In this document: piece after piece, positions 51,064-62,781 of the stretch
Layout of the letters: each line of letters opens with the position of its first letter
Numbering within the stretch: position 1 is the stretch's first letter
Assembly (NCBI GenBank): GCA_976226885.1
Contig: OZ320315.1
Location: 97,526,001-97,590,000 of the forward strand
Direction: 5' to 3'
From: Iphione sp. A-MEVVRFRX5
Taxonomy: Eukaryota
Length of the DNA: 64,000 nucleotides
Notes under the pieces: generated by a model
The model's database searches: none
Told to the model about the DNA's origin: nothing
Seen by the model: only the letters and a program-made list of their open reading frames with translations
Translations under genes and position numbers: made by a program

Positions 51064-51375
51064 ACATCTGTACATCTAGATTCAAGTCCCTTGTGTTTTG
51101 TACATGGTGTTAAGACATTTTGTGAACATTTGTATATTCTTACATTTCTTTATATGTGCTGGTAGAGCATCCCATTCTTTACATCCTTTCTCAAACATTG
51201 TCCCTCGGATGAGTTTATACATCTGTACATCTAGATTCAAGTCCCTTGTGTTTTGTACATGGTGTTAAGACATTTTGTGAACATTTGTATATTCTTACAT
51301 TTCTTTATATGTGCTGGTAGAGCATCCCATTCTTTACATCCTTTCTCAAACATTGTCCCTCGGATGAGTTTATAC
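51064..51375. repeat. Apparently perfect 155-bp tandem duplication in the LINE 3' region
   Basis: ACATCTGTACATCTAGA..GAGTTTATAC starts at 51064 and 51219; I saw no mismatches. Confidence 0.9.
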
Positions 51376-53910
51376 CATTAAAGAGTTTTATGTTATCACA
51401 TTAATGTGTGGTTGTAGACCATCTGATGTACTAGCTGTAATGTATATGGATCTCGACATTACAGCTAGTACAAGTGTATCAATGGAGTACTTCACCATTG
51501 GGTGCTCTTGTAGGGCATCCTACAATACATCTTGCACATTTATTATAGACTTTCCTGAGTTTCATTATCTTTCCTTTAGGTAAGCCACAGAAAACAGGTC
51601 CTATATAATCTATACAAGGATAGATGTACATTTTAATTAAATTCCCCCTAAGATGGACAGGAAAGTAAGATTTCAGTTTGCTTAGATTATTAGCAGACAT
51701 CCACATTTTCGAGACTGTTGCATTTAGAGATTCTGACCATGATAATTTCTCATTGATAGTGTAGCCTAATACTTTAACAGAACTTGACCGTTTGAGTGTA
51801 TTACCATCATGACAGATATCAGATAGATTAGGGCGGTGTTTCCCTATAATGCAGTAACTGCTTTTTTCATGACTTAGGGAGAGGCTGTTTTCGAGGCACC
51901 AATTTATGATATATTTGTATGTTATGCACATATTTTCTTCAAGATTTTTGGTATTTTCCCCTCTTACTACACAGGTGATGTCATCTGCATACAACATTAT
52001 GTTTGTGCATGGGGGTGGATGACAGCAGACGTCATTTATAGCCATTGCGAATCCCAGGGAACCGAAGGTGCTGCCTTGAGGAATCTCATTCTGTTGTTTG
52101 AGTTTGGATGAATACAATTTACATGTACATACTGTTCCCTACCTTCAAAATAATGATTTACTAGTCCTATTACATTGGGTTCAGCCCCTTCTGCCTGAAG
52201 TACTTTAATGATAATGTCATGATTTAGTAGGTCAAAAGCCTTCGTAATGTCAAAGGCAATGACTGCTATTAATTTTTTTTGATTCTGATACCACTGCATA
52301 TATTGTGTAATATTTCCCCAATAGCTGTTTTGGTGGACCGTTCTTTCAAGAAACCATGCTGGTGCCTGGACCAGAACCCTATACGGAATAGCTCTTCACA
52401 TTTTTCAGACACTTTTCCTGGGAGGGGGAGGGTGCTAATTGGTCTATAGTTACTAATTGGTCTATAGTTAAGTCTTGTTTGCCTCTCTTGTGTACAGGTA
52501 TTACTCAAGCGACCTTCCAATCCTTAACGTACGTTCCAGTCTGTAACATACTATTAAACAAAGTAGCCAGGTAGGGCGCTAGGATAGATAGAGCATCTTT
52601 CAGGACTGTAGTGGTCAGTTGAGGGATATTACTATTTTGCTTACAGTCAATGGTACTTACTATTTTTACGTCGTCTGCCGTATTGATCCTCCTGATTCGG
52701 ATGTCATCACTCCCTTGTCTGGTTCGGTGGTAAGGCTTAGTTGCCATTTATTTGAGATGCTCTCAATAGTATTTATGAAGTAGGAGTTAAATTTGTCCGG
52801 GAGCTTCATTATTTCCTTGTATGGTAATTAATGGACTAGTGTTACTATTACCTGTTAAGTCATTGATTGTTTTCCAAAGTAATTTTGGATTTATTGAGTG
52901 TTGTTGCAGTCTACTGTAGAAATAACTTTGGTAGACTCTTTTCAGTTCTGATTTAACTGTTTTGTCGAGAAATTTATAAATATTGTGAGCATCAACATCC
53001 TTGAACTGTTTTGCCTTGTTGAAGAAGTACCTCCTGTCTTTGAATAGTTCTACCCTATTTTTGCCTAATTTTACTCTTCTTCTACCTTTTTTTCTTTTAC
53101 TCATATGCTTCTCGGGACATAGTTCATCGTATGACAGAGCAGGTCTGGAGATTCAGGGAGAACAGTATTCAACCTTTTTTCAATTAGCTCCCTTAATCTT
53201 GAATACGAGTAATTTATCTTGTCACGCGTTACCTGCTTAGGGTTTGACTGATAGATGATACGTTTACCAGTTTTATAGTCTATGGCAACCCCTAAATGAT
53301 CACTTTATGATGTATTAATTACTCTTGCGTTGTTGAGGGCATAACTGTTAGTGAACATTAGATCGTTAATTTTATGGCTATCAACCATTGCACTACATGT
53401 GATCTGCTGTACCAGGTTGTACTTACTCATCTTACTGATGAGTCTCTTAATTTGAGGGTGGCTGTGGCTGCCATCTATCCAATAATTCAGTGAACTCTGA
53501 AATGAACCTGGTAATAGAGCAATCTGGTGGACGATACAGTAACATTAATGTGAGGGGTTTGAGTTTGCCACAGGAGATTTTCACAGTCAATAGTTCAAAC
53601 AAATCAGTATTATGACAAGCATCAACAACCATTTCACATATGCAGTTATCTTTGACATACATCAATAGACCACCCCCTCTACATTTTTTATTTGAGTCTC
53701 TATCCTGTCTTACGGTGGTGTATCCATTGATGTTAATATTGCGATCAGGGGTTTTACTACTTGACCATGTTTCTGTGAGACATGTTATAAATGCAGATAT
53801 GAGAATATCATCTTTAATAATTTGAATTTTTTTTATAGATTCTATGAACATTGAACATATATACACAATACTTCATGATTAGTCAATACAATTGATATGG
53901 ATGTATGCGT

Positions 53911-54522
53911 TTAAAAGAAGCGAAGATAATATTCCACAAGGAATTCATCAATATTTTCGATCCATTGATGAGTGATATCAGGGGGGAGCTCATCTTCCAG
54001 ACCAATCAGTTCATTTCTAAACACAGTTTGATAACCTAAGGTCTCATTGATCAGCGTGAAGGTGTCAGGTGTGTAGAAGCCATTCCGATTGTTTATTATT
54101 TCCACCTGACCGTTGAGAGTTGCTAAGTGAGCATTCAGGCATCTCTGCTGTTTCCAGTCTTTCTCACCAATCTGGATACCATGAACATGTAGGAAAACAA
54201 TATCATGGAGAGGCAGCTTGTGTATAGCCTTGACAATGTAGGACATCTGTTCACATAAGTCAATCTGAAGAGAGATGTGCGTGGGGTACCTGATTCTAGG
54301 TCCTGCATTTGTCTGATCCAGTAACGTGTGGAGACCCAGGTAGATGAAGGTAATATCAGCACTTGGGAGGTGAGCGTCTCTCAGGTGTTCACACAAATCC
54401 CCGAATGCTGCCTCAGGGATAATGACATTCGTCCAGGTGAATCGATCCCCAAAGAAATTATCTGCCATCCAACCCAGTTCATGGCCATGGTTGTCAGTCG
54501 CAAGATTCACCTTCAATTTCAT
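53911..54522 (-). CDS. Intact 203-aa ORF between ORF1 and ORF2; SGNH-fold-like, catalytic motifs substituted
   Basis: LATDNHG (in place of DS), FIYLGLHTL (in place of GxND), EDELPP..W (in place of DGLHP..W); same position in the element as the SGNH ORF at 5787-6430. Confidence 0.55.
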   Translation of the reverse strand: MKLKVNLATDNHGHELGWMADNFFGDRFTWTNVIIPEAAFGDLCEHLRDAHLPSADITFIYLGLHTLLDQTNAGPRIRYPTHISLQIDLCEQMSYIVKAIHKLPLHDIVFLHVHGIQIGEKDWKQQRCLNAHLATLNGQVEIINNRNGFYTPDTFTLINETLGYQTVFRNELIGLEDELPPDITHQWIENIDEFLVEYYLRFF

Positions 54523-56270
54523 GTTGACTCTAAAGGAAATACAAGTTGATAGGCGAGAAATTTGTACTATTTCAGTGAAAAACTAGATTGGGATGGATTA
54601 TGACAGTTAGGCCCTTAACGACTGCCTTTTTTCCTTTCCTCCTAGCCAGGCTTGCTAACTCTTGTAAATTTTGGTAAATGTCTTTAGCCTCCTTTGGGAT
54701 GTCCTCTTTCAGGAAAATGTAGGCATATTCCTCGATATGCTTTAGTTTGAACCTGCTTCAATAGGTTTTGCTCCTTGCCTCAATAGTAGCAAATTCAATT
54801 TTGACTGGTCTCTCTTTTCCTTTCTGAGGTTTGCCCAGCCTTACAACACTTTTGATGTCATTGTCACTAGCACTATTGTTAATCGATGTGACTATGTCTT
54901 GTATGGCCTCATAAATGTTAAATTCCTGACTGTCAGGTAGGCCATAGACTATTAGGTTTTTCATCCTATCATGTGTCTCCTTCACTAGCTTGTTCTCATC
55001 TTGATCTTCCCCTTGGTATATTTCTTGCTGGTTGGAGGTATCGGACTTGATCAGGGTGTTGACGGGGATTTTACTTTGGGTATCCCTTTCAAGTTCTCCA
55101 ATCCTATGTTCTAGGTTATTCATCCTGCTGTTAGCATGCTCTAAGAGTTTGATGAGTTTGGCATTGTCCAATACTAATTTTGGGATAAATATTTCCTGAT
55201 TTTTTTTATTTTTCTTCAGCTAGATCGTTAATCTTTTTTACCTCATGCAGTATGTACTGCTCATTCTCTAATATAGTTAATATAATGGTAGAATGAAGAG
55301 GATAGTCACCCTTACCCAGTAGCATGTTGTTGTTGGTGTGGTCACCCTTGTGTGGTCGCCCAGGGTTGCTGTCAGTAGGGTCCGTATGGGTGGATGATGA
55401 TAGAGGAATCCGAACGGTCGTTTTCACCATTGTGTGCGTCAGGCCAGTGGTTATATTGGATTTTTCTTTTTTGGATCTGATATTCCTTACATGGGACTGC
55501 AAGGAGCCAGCTCTGTGTGCTCGTTCCCTTTGTCTTGATAGTGTAGTTTTACCCGATTTTAGTTTTGCCATAATGCCATTTTAATTGTTGTTTATAGCAT
55601 TATTAGTGTAGAACCCCCTCGCAGATACGTCCGGTCCCTCCGGAGCAATCATATGACACCGTATATAGACCACAGGCACTCCCATAGGTGTTATGTGATG
55701 AAAGCCTAATACGTTTCTTACCTCGGGTGCTCAGCAGATGTTCAATAGTGTCAGGATTTTGTTTGATTCTGCCTCTCGAAATATTCTAGATAGTACCCTT
55801 CTCAATGTTCTTCCGATGCTCAGATGTGAGAAAAGAGACATCCAGTCATTTTGCCTGTGCAGGGTCCTGTGTCAGTTTGATTTTCCTTTCTGTTTAAATA
55901 TCATGAAACACACATGCCTTGGCAGTTTGCAGCGCATGCTCGGCTGTTCTGTGTGTTACCACATTGAGGGTGATGGGTGTGGCGTGGAGAGGAGACAGCT
56001 TGCAAATAGGGTATTAGCTCTTTCCATTGTTAATCCATGCTTGATTGTTGATTGTGCTGCAGGTATCCTGTCTAAAAGAAGTAGATCTATACAGATTTTG
56101 CAGTGTTTTATAAAAGTAGTATAATTAGGTCTCATGTTTAGAATCAATGTCAAATGATCATGAAAGTCCAAATGTCAAATATGGAGTAGACACTCACAAA
56201 TGTAGACAGTAGTAGTACACACCGTGTCTAGTTTCTATTAGTTAAACTATAATTTTACAACACAATAAGT

Positions 56271-56400
56271 TGACTCACCTGAAGCCATAATTCTTTGTTT
56301 CTAGACTGCTTGGGTCTAGTGGAATGTACATCCTTGGATACTTGCCCCAGGAAAACAGCGTTGATTCCCTTCTAGGTTGCCATTTCAAAGCTTACCACTG
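56271..56400 (-). pseudogene. Single exon of a second intron-containing MULE copy
   Basis: SFEMAT*KGINAVF..ASIQGCTFH*TQAV ending CTTCAG|GTGAGT, the same donor context as 38471. Confidence 0.75.
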
Positions 56401-56604
56401 AAGACATCCTAGTGTACTCAAAATCACCAGGACACAAAAACGATCCAAAACATTTTAGTTGTAACAGCGAAGTCAAAAATGTCACTATTGGAAATTATAG
56501 GTCAGAGTAGCATATGAAAATGAGAAGCTCAAATTATAGCATCTAGGTCTATTTTCACATGCTTCATATGTTGCACTTTTGTCAGTGCTTGGTATTTATG
56601 ATAA

Positions 56605-56790
56605 TTACACATCATAGTCTAGTGCAAGGGAAGTAGTGTACCTGGCCCTAGGTCCACCCTGGTAGTACTTCACAGGATCGTAGAAGCCTAGGCAGAAGGT
56701 CGTGACATCAATTCCCAGAAGGGGGGGGGGGGCATTATCAAGCAGACCTGTGCCCTCTGTGTACTTGGTTTTTAGGAGAAATTGTCTTTC
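56605..56790 (-). pseudogene. Third fragment of the SGNH-like LINE accessory ORF family
   Basis: TKYTEGTGLLDNAP..IDVTTFCLGFYDPVKYYQGGPRARYTTSLALDYD, nearly collinear with 50395-50760. Confidence 0.75.
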
Positions 56791-57482
56791 TTCTGTCTCC
56801 TTAACATCAGAACAAAGGCGAGTGGCATTTGATTGAAGTCTTCCACTGAATTCCTCAAGAAACCACTGCAGTAATGCCAAGCAATCAAGAGAAATCTTTA
56901 CCTAAATCATGTAATCGCATTTATTAGGGAAAAATCTGGTGAACATGATATAACATAGTTTTCTACTGGCATGTGTGCCCAAAGGTATGTAGTATTTTTC
57001 TTAGGGTACAGATGGCAAATTCAGTGCTGTATTAAAGTACATTTCAAATCAGGAACGGTGATTCTTGTCCAAACCCCAGATGTACATTCCAAAACGGGAA
57101 CTTTGATTGAGTGGCCAAGTTCAGACAGAACAGGGCTGTCTTCTCTTGTGAAACTGTTGGGTATTCTTGTACTCTCCAAGACAGGACCTCGGACAGAGAA
57201 GATGGCATCAGCGATATTAGGATCTCCATCTCTTGTAGGATTATCACAGGTCCATGTGCTTTCCAGGAAAGCAACTCTCACAGAGTATTGGCTAGAGTTT
57301 TGCCTTGGCTGGACAGCTTTCTTGCGTGCAACATTTGTCCATTTTGTTCAACCTGACAACTTTGAATATACCCATTTGATTCTTTTTTGGCGTGTATATT
57401 CATCATTATTACATACAAATTAAGTGTTTATTTTCCGAATATTTTGAAATTTTCTAGGATGGCTCTGGATGAAAAAAAGTAC

Positions 57483-57790
57483 CTTGACTCCAATGAACAG
57501 TGCAATCAGGTATTGAGATATTTAGAAGAGTGACATAGGACAGACCATATAAATCTACTGCCACCTCCTTCACTGGTGGTTGAGCAGGAAGTAATTTCAA
57601 GATAGCATCTTAGACTGTCCTACAGTCCCTCCTCTTGCATTTTGATATCACAGTATAGCAAAGCGGTACACGCTTCATGACATCTTGTATTCTGATGAAG
57701 CTGTGTATGCTGACTGTCTGTGCAAGTGGCTCACTCAACCCATCAACCAGACTTTTGTGCTTTGTAAGTGTTGAGCTGTACAGGTGTTGC
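57483..57790 (-). pseudogene. Intronless MULE DDE-domain fragment
   Basis: VDG..QTVSIHSFIRIQDVMKRVPLCYTVISK..RDCRTV*DAILKLLPAQPPVKEVAVD..IPDCTVHWSQ in one frame. Confidence 0.75.
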
Positions 57791-57979
57791 AAAGATCAGA
57801 TATGGCCAAGTGTGCGAATATGTCATGTAAAGTAATTGTTTGGATTAACAGAATAACCTATTGTTTGCAATCAGTTCGCACTTACCCGTGGGCCGCAGAG
57901 GATTTGTAAACGACATATTACATAACACGGGTTAACATCACATACAGATTATTTAGAAACGCATTTTGAAAAATGACAG

Positions 57980-58240
57980 AAATGTTACATCCTTCTGTGT
58001 TGATACCTGCTGCTGGAAACATTGACTGCACGTAGGAGCTAAGCTTATTGATCCCCACATTTTGTCAACTGAGATTAGGTAATGGTCTTGTATAGACGCA
58101 ACTGTTACTTGGTACATACCTGAGATACTCTCGAACAGTTTGATCACGAAATGAGGATTGGAAAATTATGAGCATAATGATCTACTTCCCTCCACATTTC
58201 AGATGTAGCCGGTTTGTAGATTGTTAGAAAACACATACAG
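57980..58240 (-). mobile_element. Crypton-like tyrosine-recombinase (DUF3504-type) fragment
   Basis: PHFVIKLFE/EYLRYVPSNSCVYTRPLPNLS*QNVGINKLSSYVQSMFPAAGINTEG resembles C.VKLF..YL..VP..FY.RPL..VG.N.L..M...AGI. Confidence 0.6.
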
Positions 58241-58405
58241 AGGCTTGAAATCCTATCCTTTGAGGGTATCTCAGGCCTTAAAGCCTACCGAAATTTGCGC
58301 GAAAACATGTACAGAGGCTTAAAATCCTACCTTTTGAGAGTGTCAGGGGGTCTTAGAGGCCCCGAATTCATGCAACGACAGGGTCTGCAGAGAGACGCTT
58401 CTCCA

Positions 58406-58600
58406 ATTGATTGATTGATTGATTTTTATTAATTCTCAAAATATACATCAAGATATTAACGTGGCAGGTTTACAAGAGCACTTTAACAGTTAACAAGACT
58501 TCTAAGACTATTACCTAATTGACGTGGTGACGGTTAGCATGTTTTAAATTAATAGGTAGGGAATCTCACATCTTAATGTCTTTCTCTACAAAACTATCAG
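58406..58600 (-). mobile_element. Short 3' end of a LINE-like element
   Basis: Minus-strand AATAAA followed by (ATCA)n at 58406-58430; 5' extent uncertain. Confidence 0.45.
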
Positions 58601-58616
58601 CTTCAGAGACAGTATG

Positions 58617-60880
58617 TTTGAATTTGAATTTGAATACTTTTATTTCTGGAGGTGATTTAAATACATATGTACAATTCCAGATTTTTGTGCAGCATGTTGG
58701 ATGATAATGAACAGGACTCCATACATTACATCTTAAACACCATATTAGAGAGCTAAATAAACACAATGAGCATCTTTGTTTTGTAACATAATCAGTATGT
58801 TCATAATGCTCATGGCAGGGGAATAAGATGGGGAGAGAACCAGACAACGTTGGCAACTTGCAAGCCAACCTCCACCAAGATACGTGCTCTTCATATACCC
58901 ACGTGTCAAGTAGCAATAGATATGAAGAGACCTCAACCAAGATCCATACATTTCATGCTCCTAGTGGTTAATAAGGTACTGCTATTTGGCCACAGTAAAC
59001 CATAGTTAGGGATGGCAGAGACATCAACCGAGATCCACTATTAACCACATCTCTGAGATGAATTTACCTCAACCAAGATCCACACATCTACTTAACCATC
59101 TAATTCTCCCTGCCATACTTGTTGTAATGTTGCCTAATTGGTAAGATATAAGTTTTAATGATGCAGATCATTATTTTTCGTGGAATCATGCATTTCACCT
59201 TATTTAAGTACCACAGTTTTCCACACATCAATGAGAACTTTCCTTTGAGGAATTGGTCTAGACACAGGCTAGAATCTAGAAATACACCCAGGTATTTATA
59301 GCCTTCAGCTTGCTTTCATTCATCACCACCCATTATACATTTCAACTTTTGCAACTCTTGCCGCTACTGAAGCAACACTATTTCAGTTTTTTTGACATTG
59401 ATACAAAGTTTGTTCTCACTGAACCATCTTTGGAGGTCCTCACAGATACATTGCAATTGGTAACTTAGTCCCTCGATATTAGCACTAGGGCTATAAACCA
59501 CTGTATCATCAGCATAGAGAATAGTAGATCCTCCCTCAAAACACTGAACAATAGGGCCCCCAGAGTAGAACCCTGGGGTACCCCACAAGTCACCTGTAAC
59601 TCACTGCTGACTTTGCCATTCACAAAAGTCCTGACTCTTCTTCCTCTTAGATAACTATTAAACCATTCAATGTTTTTCCTGACACCTTTCAGATATAGCT
59701 TATTGAGAATCAAAGTATGATTTGCACTATCAAATGCCTTGTGGCAGTCTACGAACACAGCACCAACCACTTGTTTTTGATTCAAAAAAGTGTAAATATC
59801 ATTTATTATGTGGGTAACTGCTGAATGTGTGCTTCGTCCCTTACGAAAACCATGTTGACTTCTAGAAATTAGGTCATTTTCATGTAGGTAACTACTTAAT
59901 TGAGTGTACACCACCTTTTCTAAGATTTTTGACAGAACCGGCAACAGACATATCGGCCTGTAATTATTTACCATTTCCTTTTCTCCACCCTTAAACAATG
60001 GCTTTATCAGACCAACTTTAAACTTGGAAGGGACCTCGTTTGTTGAGATGGAGAGGTTTATTAGCCTATGTAATTGTTCCAGCAGCTCAAATAGTATCAT
60101 TTTAATAGCCCTCATACTTACATTAAACATAGCTGTTTTCTTTGACCCTTGACCTGCTTCAAGATCTCTAACATGGACACATGCTTCAATTCAAATTCTT
60201 CATGTGGTAAACCCTCCCTTTTGCTCGGTCTCTCCAAAGGTTTTACTTAAATTAGCTCCTATCCCAACAAAATATTCATTAACAAAATCAGCAGTTAACT
60301 CTGTTGGGATATATATACCATTGCTCACCAATTGAATATTTTCGTGATCCCTTTGTTTGTCCTCAACTACTGTATTTTTCAACCCATTCCAGAATTTTCT
60401 TGGAGTTTCCTTGTTTTGGTCAAGCAGTTATTCAGTTTTTTCTTATGCAACTCAGAAAGATACATCTTTAGGCTGTGCTGAGCAAGACGTAGCTGCAGCT
60501 TATCGTCCGGACTATTCAACTGCATATACATAGCATATTTCAATTTCTTGCTTTTTATTAATTCTTTAAGTTTATGGTCAGGTGTACAGTGCTTTGGATA
60601 TGTTTGTTTTCTTTGAACAGGGCAGAGAGTATCTACCATATCTTCTACTACTGCGAGAAAAAATTCCGCTGCCGTGTTACAATCCGCCATTGTAGAGGGA
60701 CCAAGCCTAACCACGTTTTGAACATATAACAATCCGTACAATCGGTACAATTCTGTGTTAACATCATAGATGGCCATATTACTAAAAAACGTATCAATAC
60801 ATGACCCACCATGTTTATGCTCACGAGTAGGCATCCACACGTACTGCCTAAGTCCATAGATCAATGCTGTTTCATCTAAT
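58617..60880 (-). mobile_element. 5'-truncated CR1/L2-like LINE (end of APE, RT, 3' UTR)
   Basis: PTR..CIDTFFSN; KGGEKEMVNNYRPICLLPVLSKILEK; QHGFR; FVDCHKAFD; GVPQGS; LYADDT; tail AATAAA plus (TTCAAA)n at 58617-58644. Confidence 0.92.
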
Positions 60881-62315
60881 TCTGTATAGCTTTTCTTACT
60901 GGCTGCAGCAAATAAAGTTACATCATCTGTGTGTGATATCATTTATCATGATTGTAAACAGCAAAGGGCCTAGGATACTGCCCTGTGGCACCCCCTGGCT
61001 TACCGGTTCTATGGTTGATTGTGTTGAGTTACATTCAACATATTTTTTCCTGTTAGCTAGATAGGACCGTACTAGGTCAATATATCCCCTGCCTAGACTA
61101 AGACGTTCCATTTTATCTAGAAGCAGTTCGTGATGTACCACATCAAATGCTTTACTAAAATCTATTAGTATGGCACCAAAGTGTCTATTACTATGGAGAG
61201 CATGATATGCATTAATCAGAAATAGCCCTGTAGTAGTTTCAGTCCCTCTTCCGACCCTAAAACCATGTTGCTGACTTTTAAGTATGGGCCTTGTTTCTAA
61301 GAGTTCAACTAGTTGCCTATGGATTAGTCTCTCAAGTATTTTCCCAATAAGCGGAGGTATTGCTATTTGGGTGATAATTTGACTTACACATTTAATCCCC
61401 TTTTTTCGGTATAGGAAGTCTCTGATACCTTCTGCCACTAATATTAAGGAGTCACGCAGAACACGTATTAGGATTCCCTTTTAACCCCTTGGTTTTCCTA
61501 ATTTAATGGCTTTAATTTCCTTTTGTAGCTCCACCAAGGTGATGGATTTGAGCGATCCATCGACCTGGTGTTTGGTAAAGCTAATTGAAGGTGTATTTGT
61601 TGAAATTTTCTTAGCGGCAGACAGAAAATAGCTACTCAATACATTTGGTACCTCATCGTCCAGCACCCAGGCTTTTGCTTCTTTAATCCTTCTAGTATTT
61701 TTGACTTCACATAACCCAAGTGATGAGCAAAGAGAGGCCCAATAATCTTTAGGATTACGACTCAGATCAGATTATATCTGGACCAAATGCACCTCTAACA
61801 GGTGTTCATACTATTCGATGGGAAAGATTCGTTATTCAGTTTATCAATAAAATACATAGAGAAACTTATGTAGGTACACATGGTTCCACTCCTATAGATG
61901 TGTTTAATGTTAGTGATAATGAGATGAAGGGTGGCAGTCGAGGTTTTATGCATAATTGTTGTTTCCGCTGTTAATTGTGTTACTCCATATTCTTCTAGCA
62001 GGCAGCATAACTTTTCTTTAATAGACGATTCAACACTCCAATCAATATTTAGGTCACCTGCTAGGATAACGTCCAACTTATCTAGTTTTGGGATAGAGTA
62101 GAGAGTATTTCCTAAATAATCTAAAAAATGCAAGAAGTTACCATTTAGTGGCCTATAAATCAATGCTAACAATGATACTATTTAAGCCACACACATTCAG
62201 CAAATTGGGCACAAATGTTGAAATTTGGTATCTGCTCGTATTTAACTGTTGTATTAAAATATAATAGGATGCCACCACCCTTTGATTTATCCATACCAAT
62301 TCTGTCTTGCCTTAC
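60880..62315 (-). mobile_element. Another CR1/L2-like ORF2 fragment (APE to the RT YADD region), cut at 5' by Tigger
   Basis: RQDR..KGGGILLY; IYRP; LAGDLNID; QHGFR; LIDFSKAFDVVHH; GVPQGSILGPLLFTIMINDI; TDDVTLF. Confidence 0.88.
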
Positions 62316-62317
62316 TA

Positions 62318-62743
62318 CAGGAGACTCCGCCTAAAGTGACCACCTAAGGGACTGAGCCTAAGTGGTCGCCTAAGGCATTGATTGGGGTGGGGGGGTCAGA
62401 CCTGAACTGAACGTGAAATGAAGGAATAAAACTGAAATCAAGAAGAACATTCAGAGACATTTATGGCAATAAGAAATGGCTAGGCAGAATATATTAATCT
62501 TATAGACAGACTGTAAAATATCATAGATCATAGTTCCATAGTCACTCTTTCTTAAAAACTGGTGGAGTGTTGGCTGCACTTTGTTTCTTTTGGGCATGGT
62601 TCTTTTCAGGGATGTTGATGATGTCCATGACAGGATCCAAGGCAGGGCAATACCCTTGGGCAGGCAGTACATCCTAACATGATCCAGCATATTTAGGATC
62701 TCATGATGCTTGTGCTGGCTTCCTGGGATGGGATTCTCATCAG

Positions 62744-62781
<38 letters not shown>

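Larger units (their letters stand above)
51001..55700 (-). mobile_element. Near full-length decayed CR1/L2-like LINE: ORF1, SGNH-like ORF, ORF2 (APE-RT)
   Basis: 3' AATAAA plus (TTCAA)n at ~51001-51025; ORF1 MKNLIVYGLPD..RLGK..RPVKIEF (54758-55171); APE CLTETW..RQDR..GGG..LYRPP (53447-53866); RT NYRPIS, QHGF, AFDITKAFD, IPQGS, LYADD. 5' boundary approximate. Confidence 0.9.

Noticed and set aside
55600-55730. Self-cleaving (HDV-like) ribozyme or tRNA-like structure at the LINE 5' end
   Set aside because: GC-rich, but I could not build the required nested pseudoknot or cloverleaf by eye; a covariance-model search would be needed.
55738-56171. Possible Penelope or further MULE fragment
   Set aside because: Only vague resemblance (HTHHP, HPSP); no diagnostic motif.
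57021-57281. Possible host-gene exon (CDNPTRDGDPNIADAIFS..)
   Set aside because: Short, open in two overlapping frames, no recognisable domain or convincing splice pair; left unassigned.
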